Part shown: positions 26,822-37,358 of the stretch, in pieces
Numbering within the stretch: the first letter of the stretch is position 1
Layout: each line of letters opens with the position of its first letter
Assembly: GCA_964199315.1 (NCBI GenBank)
Contig: OZ116699.1
Location: 15,066,001 to 15,130,000 of the forward strand
DNA length: 64,000 bases
Direction: 5' to 3'
Source of the DNA: Orbicella franksi
Lineage: Eukaryota
Notes under the pieces: generated by a model
What the model saw: only the letters and a program-made list of their open reading frames with translations
Database searches by the model: none
What the model was told of the DNA's origin: nothing
Made by a program: the position numbers and the translations under genes

Positions 26822-27093
26822 TAGTCTGCTGGCAGCTGGTTTTTTCTCTAAGGGTCACTTAGACAGTGTTTAGTCATCGCGAACGCAAAAGGGCGGAAGA
26901 AAGCGGAAGAACGCAAATATGGGGGGACTGAAGCCGATGGGAGTAGCGATAAGGACACTGCAGAGAAACAGGACGACAAGGAAGAACAGGCTGGAGGAAG
27001 CGCAGTGGATCCGGAAACAGATGCGCAGGTTCAATTCAATGTTGGATAACCCCAGCTGAAATTTCGGGACAAAAACAGACTGCCAGCAGTCTA
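26822..27093 (+). mobile_element. Pack-type non-autonomous TIR element (TAG...CTA termini, 9-bp TSD; AcademH- or MULE-like) carrying a PSMD4 exon fragment
   Basis: TIR TAGTCTGCTGGCAGCTGGTTTTT versus AAAAACAGACTGCCAGCAGTCTA. TSD ACTGATTAA at 26813-26821 and 27094-27102. Internal 26928-27040 aligns to the reverse complement of 32769-32875. Confidence 0.85.
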
Positions 27094-30000
27094 ACTGATT
27101 AAAGGCATTTTATCAGGGTTCTAAATGCGTGTTTTTCTAAAGAAAATCTGGATTTAATACAAAACAACACCAGCAACAAAGATATCAACTTCCACACGTA
27201 ATAACTCATTTTAAGTGCATCAGTGATACCCTGTTTCCGTTATAGCTCGTTATCCATCCATCCATCCTTAATCTGGCAATCATTCTTTTCACTGTGGGGG
27301 GTCTATGCAACCCCTCTTGAAGTGTTTTTATCGTATGGTACTTGAATCATAATTGAATTGCCCAAAACCTTTACATATTTCTACTAACAAAACCGAGGAT
27401 AACCTTTGTAAGAATGACACCTAGAAAAGAGCTCAGTCAAGGTTCATTCAAAGAGGTTAACCGAGACATATGCATCAAGAGACTTGTCGGAGCTTGCGCT
27501 AAGGAACGTAATTGGTAATGATTTAAATATAGTGATTGCAGCTTACCATAGCATTTTTTTCCTCCGAGGTAGCGGTAGTTTAGTTAGGCCCACTGGTCGC
27601 TCAGATCCGGTTATCAGCTAAATTTGAAAAGCATTCAAGACTTCAAAGCCAATGATTGAACGAACTATGATTGAACTACTTGATTGATGTTATTACTACC
27701 GGAGCAAACAATAAAGTATATAGCGTCCAATGTTGAAAATATATTTGTTTTGCTCTCCGATTAAGGGTTAAATTTAAAAATCAGCTAGCACAAAAATTTT
27801 GCCAAGTGAAATAAAGACCGATTAAGATGGAATGAACGGAGCTGAGGAATTGAAAAGAAGACTAAAAAAATACTAAACTCTACCATTCCCTTGTGATAGA
27901 GTTACATGTAAAGGCTTGAATCGGCGACTGGATAAATGCACGACAAGACACTTCGATTCCACCAATTGTTGACAAGCTTGGCAAATACTGGGTGAAAACT
28001 GGCAAGAACCCGCCCTGCCCCAGAGAAAAACATAAGGTCACAAACTCCTGCAATCCAGTCTTCGAGGTGCATTTCCCAAGTATATCATCAGCGGCCCGAC
28101 TCATATGCCAGACTCGATTTCCGCCGCTCTCTCGAGTCCGGCTACGTTCCTCCTCGAAAATAGACTTCGGGGGTGGAGCCCAGGTTCCTTTCCCGAACAG
28201 CGGCTGGTAATCAATGCGTGACTATGTAAAACCAGCAAGCCACCCTACTGTAGTGTTTTGTGCCTTAAGGGCTACAAGGACCTCGTGGAGTACCACGTGG
28301 TTAGGGTATTGTCTATGTGGAAAAACAATTAGTGTTAAGGACGGGTGGTAAAACGGTGAGACGGCAATGTTTTCGTGTGCAAAACAACTACAAAACCTGC
28401 AAAACTGGTTCGATCACAATCACGATCTCAAGTCGGCGCACGAATTGAGAGTGTTCTGCCATAAAGTGGTATGTGATCAGCACCTTTTCTACGAACCACA
28501 AGAAATTGTTTTCATTCAACAAACTACTGAAAACTTAAAAATAAAATTGACTTTCATCCCGTCAGCGTGGAATAACGAGTTAAGTTACAAGCATCGGAAC
28601 TTTCCGATTAGAGGGAATTTTTGCCCTGCATTGGCGCGGCTCTGGAAATCGCTCTGGATAAAACAAAACTTAAACAAATCGAGATTTTTTGTACACTCTT
28701 GAAACATTTTGAGTCTTCTGATTCAGTTGAATTTCAAAGAAATAAAATTGTAAGGTTAACCTTGGGAGGCGTGTTGGAGGCTGGGATCATGGCACTCTCC
28801 TTTGCGCGACGAACGCGAAACACGCTAGAAACACGCGCGATTACCTTTTGCCTCTATCAGCTGGCGACCCGCTGAACGCGAGATAAGTAAGTTAGATTGA
28901 TCACGTGCTTTGCCGCAAAACGGAAGTTATTGTTAAGGTACAAAGGACTGATTATTACTTCCATGTATTCGGCTGTTTTAATTTTATAGTTCTTTTGTAC
29001 AACATGACCCATATAATTATCAGTGGTACTGATATAGACGTGTTTGACGTTATTGGATACCATATGCGGTCAGAAAAATAATTTTGAGGCGCTTTTGCAT
29101 TTTCGCACTGTTGACGCCCAAAATGTTTTGTCTAGGACGAGAATTAATCCGTAGGATTACCTCTGTTGGCAGATCGCGAATTTTAATAATCCACAACTAC
29201 ACCCAACCTAAACAGGCATAGAATCAGCGGTATTGTAACCCATGTAATGTGTAGCACAGTTTTGTCAGGAGCTTAGCGCTTTCTTGAACAGTATCGTAAA
29301 TACCATCTGCTGGGAAGCAAAATTGACTTGGCTTGACGTTCCATTTTCCTGTCAAAAAGGCGAATAATTGTTTAGAAAGACTTCCTAATATTTATTATGG
29401 CCCATTTGCAACTGAGAGCAAAAAGCTAATCAAACATAGCTTTAGTTGTAAACACAGATACCTATATAGTTGATAACGAATACTTCACGCACCTCATGTA
29501 GTTTGATCTGCCAGTTTTCTCTTGTACATCCATCAAGCCTGGTAAAAATTTTGGCATTTGTCCACAATGTTTGGTACTTTCTATGAAACATCCTATTTCG
29601 TGCAGAAACATCTGTTTGTTGTTCAGTTGTCTTTTGTTGCTCTTGTCTTGCATTTTTACAGAGGCGCCAACATGGTCTCGGAAACAAGTGTTTGATTGAT
29701 CGGTATTCCCGGCTCAAGTAGTAGCTATCAAGTCTATACCAGTATCTTCACAGAATATCTGCTGCTAGTGCCATTACCGAAAATGGGCAGGTGGAGAGGG
29801 TAAGAAATTCGACAAGATAATCATGATAATAAGAAAAATTATTTATACAAGATAGCCTGTATCAATAATAACAACGTGAGCCGTGTTATTAATATAAGAG
29901 TTGCAGTAAGGTAATGAAATCAAGGGAGACACTGTATATCCACGTTTGTTTTTACACATCTGTTTCAATAATACAGAACCTTGCATTTCATATATATCAA

Positions 30001-30228
30001 ATGCAACCGCTATAACTCCTCTAAGGTTATTGTTACGTTAACGATTGCCACTATGTTAGAGCGATTAGCACTTCATGTTGGTTGACATTTCACTAAAAGT
30101 TTTCCTTCAATGCCGGAACGTTTGGCAAAGTTTTGTTTTCGATGAAACATTTTGCCCAACACTTTGTTCGACCCAATAATGTTGGAACGTAAAGACGGCT
30201 TGGCATAGCAACAGCGAATCACAATTAA

Positions 30229-30879
30229 GGTAATTCCCCTGAAATAAAACTGCACATAGATTTTTGTTCAAACTTTGTCCAATGAATATTTATCATATGA
30301 GAACTTTAAAAATAAAATAAAAAAAGGGGGGGGTACCCATGCTCGTTAAGGAGCAGCGAGGCATTGAAAATGTCCCATTTTAGCGTTATTTAATGCTTAT
30401 TACAAAAACGCATTCCAAGTTACTGTAAACTCTTTGTGAGTCCAGACTCATAAAAACACGCCTCAAACTACAGCCAATACTTGTGTCGGACACAAATAAA
30501 CTTTTTAAGTTTGATTTTGACAGACAGCTGAATCCTTGTTAAAATATTGGAACCAAATTGCTTGCCACGGCTATCAAACTGCAAAATACAAAAAAAAAAA
30601 TATACAGTGCAGCTGCTGTTTTCCTTATTTATTCAATTTTCAACAATAGAAATCAGATCGGTCTTTTCTCACGCAAAGCTAATGTTAGTTGATTAAAATG
30701 ACTGGAAAAAAATTTGGGGTGCCCGAGCTCGTTAGTGAGCTTTAGCCATTTTTCAACTGACAGAACTCAATATCAAGGTAAATCCGCCATGTTTTCAATG
30801 TGCGCGTGCACGAAGCGCGCTAATGACGCCATAAAATTATGCGCAGTAAGGATGCGCAATGCAAAATTGGGGAATGACC
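30229..30879. mobile_element. Kolobok-type non-autonomous element, 651 bp, TTAA TSD
   Basis: TTAA|GGTAATTCCCC ... GGGGAATGACC|TTAA. Purine termini with a TTAA TSD fit Kolobok rather than piggyBac. Confidence 0.65.
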
Positions 30880-31931
30880 TTAAGTACCCAGTCCCCAATC
30901 TGATAGAATTTGAGCTTTTAAAAAATTGAAGACTCGCAGAAACAAATAAACAAACGCAACATTTATAATTGCCGACGTGATGTTGGATGACGTGCTGCGC
31001 ATGCGCCTCCAACAAATGTTGGCCAACAACGTTAGAACGTTCAGACGGCGCTTTAGTGTTTTGAAAATGTTCTACAAAAATTAGTAGCCCCCTGAAAAGT
31101 GCGTTAAAACTGGAAAGTATGTTAAAGCTGTTAAAACAGCCCAAGATTTTTTTAAGAGGGAACTGATCGAGTCGGGTGAAATCAATGCGTATTCAATTTG
31201 TTTTTTGAGAGGGTTTCAGGGGTATGGAGAAACTGGAGTTTGGTTTTAAAGACTTTCAGACACTTTTTCGTGAAATATTCCACCTCGAAATCCTTTTGGG
31301 ATGCAAATTACCTTCGTATTCCCGGGTACAACAGGTTTGAAGCGTCTTGTTAACAGTTCAGGACGCATGGAGATATACTTTGGGAGAGTTCCACTTGTCT
31401 CGGGGCGAGATAAAAGGGGAGGTGTATTGAACAGGAAATGCAAGCTGATCTGCAGATCGGACCGGGCTCGGGCTCGAAGGGTCTTACCGCGACTGGAAGG
31501 CCTGAGAAGGAAGAGAGCAAAATGGCCGATCGAGGGGAGAATGGGGTGTGGGTTGCTCTCCACTAAATCTTCGACTAGAGAGCCTGTTCACAGGCTAGGC
31601 ATCGGTGGGATACAAAACTGTCTTCTTTTTCATAATCGTTCTCGTTTACGATATGTTTTGTTTTTTTCATCACAATCTGAGATTAAGTAATTTTGGATTA
31701 AGTAATCTCCTTAATATCACTGAGAGGAGTGGAGAATGGTCGAGGAGGTGAGGGGATATGAGAGACTGAGTGTAACAAACAGTTATCAAACAATACATTC
31801 ATTTCAAACAATTTATTTAGCGCAGAAGGCGAAAAATCCTCTGCATTACCTGACTTGAGGAAAATTACTCCATTCTATAATTTTTTGCAATGTTTACTCG
31901 AAAAGCAAAAGTATGTACAAAGAATGTTTCG

Positions 31932-34900
31932 TTATTTCTTGTCTTTTTTCTTGTCTTTGCTGGACTCCTCGTCCATGGGCTCATCTTGGTCCTTGCTTTC
32001 GTCACTGTCCTGCTGAGCGAGGGACACCATGACCTTTTGAATGGCCTCGCTGCTGGGGTCTACGCCAGGTAACGTGCTAAGGACGTTCTTGATAAAGTCC
32101 GGATCGGACATGACCCCAGTGATGTCTTGAGTGTCATCTCCCTGTTTGCAACAACAATGCAGATAAAGATTGTGCTCTTTTCTATTAACTCTACGTTAAG
32201 ATATCGCTGATTACTGTGATTGGTTCATAAAATGCGTGCAATGCGCTCTAACCAATCAAAGCTCCGGCCCAATCAATCGTCGTTTCTACCAATCAGGTGA
32301 TTTGCCTACCAGCACTTTTCCCGCGCATGAGAAGATGGATCGCTTACAAGTTGACGTAGTTCAGAATGTTTTTATTCTGCATTTTCCGCTTCCATGATTG
32401 TTTTCGTAAATGCTTTAATTTACAAACCGCTGTAAAATTTGCAGCAATTTCGGTCACATTGACCGAATCAAGTCAATTATTATCTACGTCAGTTTATTTC
32501 TGATAAAGGTAAGAAGCTGCGCCAGGAAGCGGGTAGTTCAACCAAACATTTGTCCAAGCTATAAATTTGATCCGAAGCTACATGTACGAACACTATTACA
32601 CCCAACATTTTAAATTGATTTATTCTCGTAAAAGACTTTTTGTTGATAGAGGAAAATTTTGAGATCTACACAGAAATAATACGTAACATTTTAAAGCACT
32701 TTTCAGCAGTCAAAAAACTGTCACACAACAGGAATAAAAGCAAGTAATTCACAATTTTCCGACGCAGAATTGAATCGAACCTGTGTATCTGTTTCCATTG
32801 CGCTCGCTCCAGCCTGTTCTTCCTTCTCGTCCTGTTTCTCTGCGGTTTCCTTCTCGCTGCTCCCATCGGCTTCAGCGTCCGCCTCTAGATTCTGCAGTGA
32901 CAGCCTCATGGCATACTCAATCTGCTGTTCCTCTGTCATAGCACTGAAGTCAAACACTGGCGTCTGGGGAGTAGACATGGACAGCGCCTGCTGCAGCATC
33001 GCCTCCTCGCTGTCAGCGATAGGAGCTTCAGGGGTGGGAGCCTCCTCCCCGCTGGCTGCTGTGACCCTGCGCGCTTCTTCCTCCTGCCGTTGCCGCTGCT
33101 CCTCCATGGACACACGGAGGGCCTGGAACAGAAACACATGTGCAAACACCCATTAAACCCTGCCGTAACCTTACCCAGGTCGACGTCAAAATTCTCCAAG
33201 CTAATATCATAGATTTTCATTAAGACGACTGTCTTGAAATAATCAGATAGGTCATTTGCAAATCTGCTTATCTGAATCACCTGAACATCCAAATTACGAG
33301 TTCTCCAAAACAACTGTGTTAGTTTTCATTACAAACTGTACAATGTCACACATGCAAGAAATCAAACCATCATCCTAACATAAAAACAGCGATTTTCTGC
33401 TTTTATCCACACCATTTCTACTTTTTTTAAGTCATACATCTGTTTAGAGCATGTTTCAGGTAACCATGCCCTAAAGCTTCCAACTGCTACCTCTTGCCAG
33501 CCAGTGGTGACCCCTGTTTATCCATATGACAGATAGTATGAACACTCACCAGGGCAAGCTCAGGATCAGAATTAGGATCAAACCCGTATTCTGAGGCATA
33601 TTCCATTCCAGGAGCGGCACCATCCTCCCCTTGCAGTATGGGTGATGATATAAGTGCATCGGACAGCAGTGGACCTGGCGGCACTGTCACCAGATGGCAC
33701 AAGTTCCCGTCCTTACCATTAAGGGTGTTGATGAATATTGTTAACTTCTCTGAATTTGCAGTCTGAAGAATTGGAAAAAATTTCACACTTTTCAGTCTCA
33801 AGTTTTCAACCTCGGAGGTAATGTAAAGACCTTGGGTGTTTTCCAATCAATCAAAAATTAGGCCACATCCCTTGCGAGGTTGTCTTCTTTTCCGGAAATT
33901 CCGGAAAATGATGTTCCATTCGTCGATGGAAATTCCTGGAACTGCAAACTGGAATTTTTGGTTGAATGGAACGTGCCCCTTAAAAGTGGTTAAAATGTAG
34001 GATTTGCAAAGTCTGAAAAATATAGACAAGCACAATATTCCCATTCATTAGAGCTATTTGGTATTGAACATTTTCACAAGAGCAAACAAGTGCAGTGCGG
34101 TAGAAATGCTTATGACAGGGTTTCAGTCCTTCAACACAAAAGAAAAAAGAAAACAAAATTTACAAGCACACAGAGTTGGCCCCTCGGTGCACAGACTATC
34201 CCCTCTCAGAACACACTGTAACAGGTCATGCACTTTCTCAGAAGAGTAGTTTCTGGTATGACAGACTAGACTGCAAGCAGTCTCTCTTTCGCTTGATGAT
34301 CCACTTGGGTAGAATGCAAGCAAATAAGAAGAGGCATGAAACCGCAAGACGTGAGACACAGACACAGATCTTTGAGCAAAAGGGAGACTGCTTGCAGCCT
34401 AGTGACATCACTATAATTACCTCTTCACCAAAATTAACAATGTCAATGTTCACTTTTTCCTTTTTAAGCTTCTTGGCAAGTTTGACAAGCTAAATACAAA
34501 AAGTACATAGCAATAAGGTCACCAAGATAAAGCAAATTACTAATTCATTACATAATCAACCTGTTGTATAGCTACATGTAGAAAAGAGTACTGAACTCTC
34601 TATACACCCTGCTGCCATAGGAAAAGGGTAAATCTTGCACTCACAAAAGTGGCTTAGGGTTTCACCACTTCCCAAGATGGGCAGCCTCCAATGCAGGTGT
34701 TCTTTTGGCTCATCATTCACTCCTCCCCATCATGGAGGAGGAAAGATTGCATGGCAAGCCAAAATGATATCCTTGTGGATGCTGTTACAGGTGGCTTAAA
34801 CCAAAGTCTAACACAATGCTAACTGGCCACTGTCACCCACAAAAATGATTCCTTGCCATCATACTACCCATCAATGGTTTATGTTCCAAGAAGAATGGCA

Positions 34901-37100
34901 AAACTCCCAAAAACAAAAACAAGTTGATAACAACTTACTTCCTTTTCATCAGCTTCAACGGGACTTCCCACAAACACAACAATCCTCATTTTGTGATTTT
35001 TCCCTTGTCTGTGTTTTAACACCAACTGAAAGGAAAGAGAACTCAATCAGCAATGAACTTAACCTATACTTGCTCAGTGTTTCAGCCAGAAAATTTTACT
35101 TGAGGGCCAAAGTGGCCCCTGAAGATCTTTTTTAGGGGCCAATTTTTTAGGAAAGGGGTCACTAAATTGAAAGCTACAGAAGGAAAAAATGCATCAGGGT
35201 ACCAAGGGAAATAAAGCAGTTTATTAGGATCTAGGATAAAATTTAATAGTAAGTGCTTTTTGAAGGGTTTCTACTCAATAAAGTTTCCTTTGAATCAGAT
35301 ACTAGTATGAAGGATCCGTGCGTTACAAGAGAACAATCCTTAGGCCTACATGACCTAGTCAATGATCAAGGGTTTGCAATGCATTATAGGGTGATTTCAA
35401 ACACGGTCAGCCATTTGGAAGTTTTCCGATATGAGAGAATCAATACAGCAAAGCAAAAGGACGGATTGACTTCTTTTCTTATGTTGAATGTTTCAGAAGC
35501 AAAGATCTTTTAATATGATTGTCTAGAAGGACATAATGTGTGACAAAATAACCGTTATTGATTGTCAACACAGAGAAATGTAGTTGCCATCATGCTGTAT
35601 TATGGCGACTAAACAAGAATTTTTGGTCGCCAAGGATGAAATGCTTGTTGCATTGGCGACTGTATCGATCACAATTTCAAGCCCGGGATGGCTTTTAAAA
35701 TATTATGCCTGTGTTAAGCCTGCAGTCTTGTAAAAGGAAAGGGCCAAATTGGCCCTTTTTTTATTTTTCTGGGGGCCATCTCTGATTGTAACACGGGATT
35801 CCCGCAATGGCGAGCTCTGGTGTAAACACTGCTTGCTCTGAATCATTTTGTCAGAAATGATTGATGTTGCTCTCTGTCAACTGATCTCATAGACCAACTG
35901 ATTCATCAATAAAAAACACCAATAATAATGTTTAAAAGGAATGTTAATGATTATCACAATAATACTCACATGAGCTATTTTAACGGCTGTGAGGAATTTT
36001 ATGTCTCCTTTTGATTGGACTCTGTGCAGAGAAGCCAGGATTTTACCAACATCTGTTGTTAACGTGACTAGCACCTCAAGACTGGAAACAGAAGGAGTAG
36101 GTTATTCAGTTCACTTCAGAAAATAGTGAAAAACAAACTTTAGAACAAGAAAGTACTGCACAATAGCCGTCATTTGAATGGACACAGGCTAGGGTTTCAT
36201 CCTTAGACTAACACTGTTTGTTAGAAACCCTTTGTACACATACACCATGCAAGATTGTCCACTTTGAGATCCAGAAAATCTTATCTTTGGAAATCTAAAC
36301 CAGAATTTTTGGTTGAATGCCTCCAGTGTTGGTCTTCAGCTACCTTACTGAATCTATTCTCTGTAACCCAACCACCTCTGGAATTCTTTTTAGATGAACT
36401 GATGGTACTTATCCCCATGGTGTTTGTCTTGTTTACAGCTTACAAGCATCAATGATTGTAGAAAAGCACTGATCACTAGTGATGACTTTAAGCCTATCGC
36501 AAAGAGATATTATGCTGTTTATTGATAGATTTGCACCAAAAATTGCAACCTCAGGCCGGACCCCACTTGTTGAGCATGTTCAGAGTATGAGTTTTGTGGA
36601 CTCAGCCAATCAGATTTGTCAGATTTGGTGGGAGTCCAAGAATCGTAGAATTCTGGTCTTGGACCCCCAGAGAGTGCGCTTCTTGGTGCTGACCAAAGGG
36701 ACCACAGCCTCTGGGAACGACAATATGATTCACCCTGCTGTGACTGCAAAGTTAAAATGATCAACCAAATGTAGATGTAAGAGTTTGAAAACTGTTAATT
36801 AATTAATTTGAATGTGAATCGTCCGGCATCAATGCCTCACGTACCCACCTTGCTAGAGTCATTAAACCAACATTATTTTCTGGGTTTTGTCTAGTTTTCG
36901 AGTGACAAACTAAACTGACGGCATCTTGTTGTGCCTGTAACCTCGTTGGAAGGAAATCGCCATTCCTCATCCATTCGCTGTTATCAACGCTACGAAAAAC
37001 ACCAAATATTTTCAATATAAAACCAACTTCATTCAAGAATCGACGATCACGGGGGAAAACTGTTAGAATCTTACCATACAACTGTAGATTCCAGAACCAT
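31932..37100 (-). CDS. PSMD4: 26S proteasome non-ATPase regulatory subunit 4 (Rpn10/S5a), 399 aa, 8 exons
   Basis: Exons 37100-37075, 36989-36849, 36081-35970, 35025-34939, 34489-34421, 33762-33550, 33122-32781, 32141-31932. [75 protein letters not shown] and [19 protein letters not shown]. Confidence 0.97.
34267..34401. mobile_element. TAG...CTA-terminated MITE, 135 bp, in PSMD4 intron 5
   Basis: TAGACTGCAAGCAGTCTCTCTTT versus AAAGGGAGACTGCTTGCAGCCTA. The putative 9-bp TSD is only partly preserved (ATGACAGAC / GTGACATCA). Confidence 0.7.
35075..35831. mobile_element. Second copy of the 6-bp-TSD hAT-like element, in PSMD4 intron 3
   Basis: CAGTGTTTCAGCCAGA...CTCTGGTGTAAACACTG. TSD CTTGCT at 35069-35074 and 35832-35837. 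Confidence 0.85.
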
Positions 37101-37358
37101 TCTGACAAGCAAAGACTGATAAAATTTTTACTTTTTATCGATTTTCTCTCGTCTTTTATCAATATGACTCAACGGATTTGTGCTCATACTTTACTTCGCG
37201 TAGCCGCTGACATAGCGTCTCATATTTACTGGTCAGCGGTATGCTCTTTTGTTTATTATTTGTGTTACGAAATTTTACAAACGCGTCGGTGTTAGAGTTT
37301 GTGGTCAAATAATACTTGTTGCGTGGCGTCTAATGTGTGGAAAACGAGATTAGTGATT
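37101..37358. promoter_or_regulatory. Putative bidirectional promoter shared by PSMD4 and the BTB gene
   Basis: Only 258 bp separate the divergent ATGs. Contains ATGACTCA (37164-37171) and TGACATAGC (37208-37216). Confidence 0.6.

Noticed and set aside
27880-28210. GC-richer block with several partial ORFs
   Set aside because: No recognisable domain, no coherent splice sites, and stops in the most protein-like frame.
32770-33156. Plus-strand ORF (and similarly 37292-37909 minus, 13091-13457 plus)
   Set aside because: These are antisense shadows of real low-complexity coding exons.
37299-37358. Upstream extension of the BTB ORF given in the ORF track
   Set aside because: It starts at a non-ATG codon; the first in-frame ATG is at 37359.
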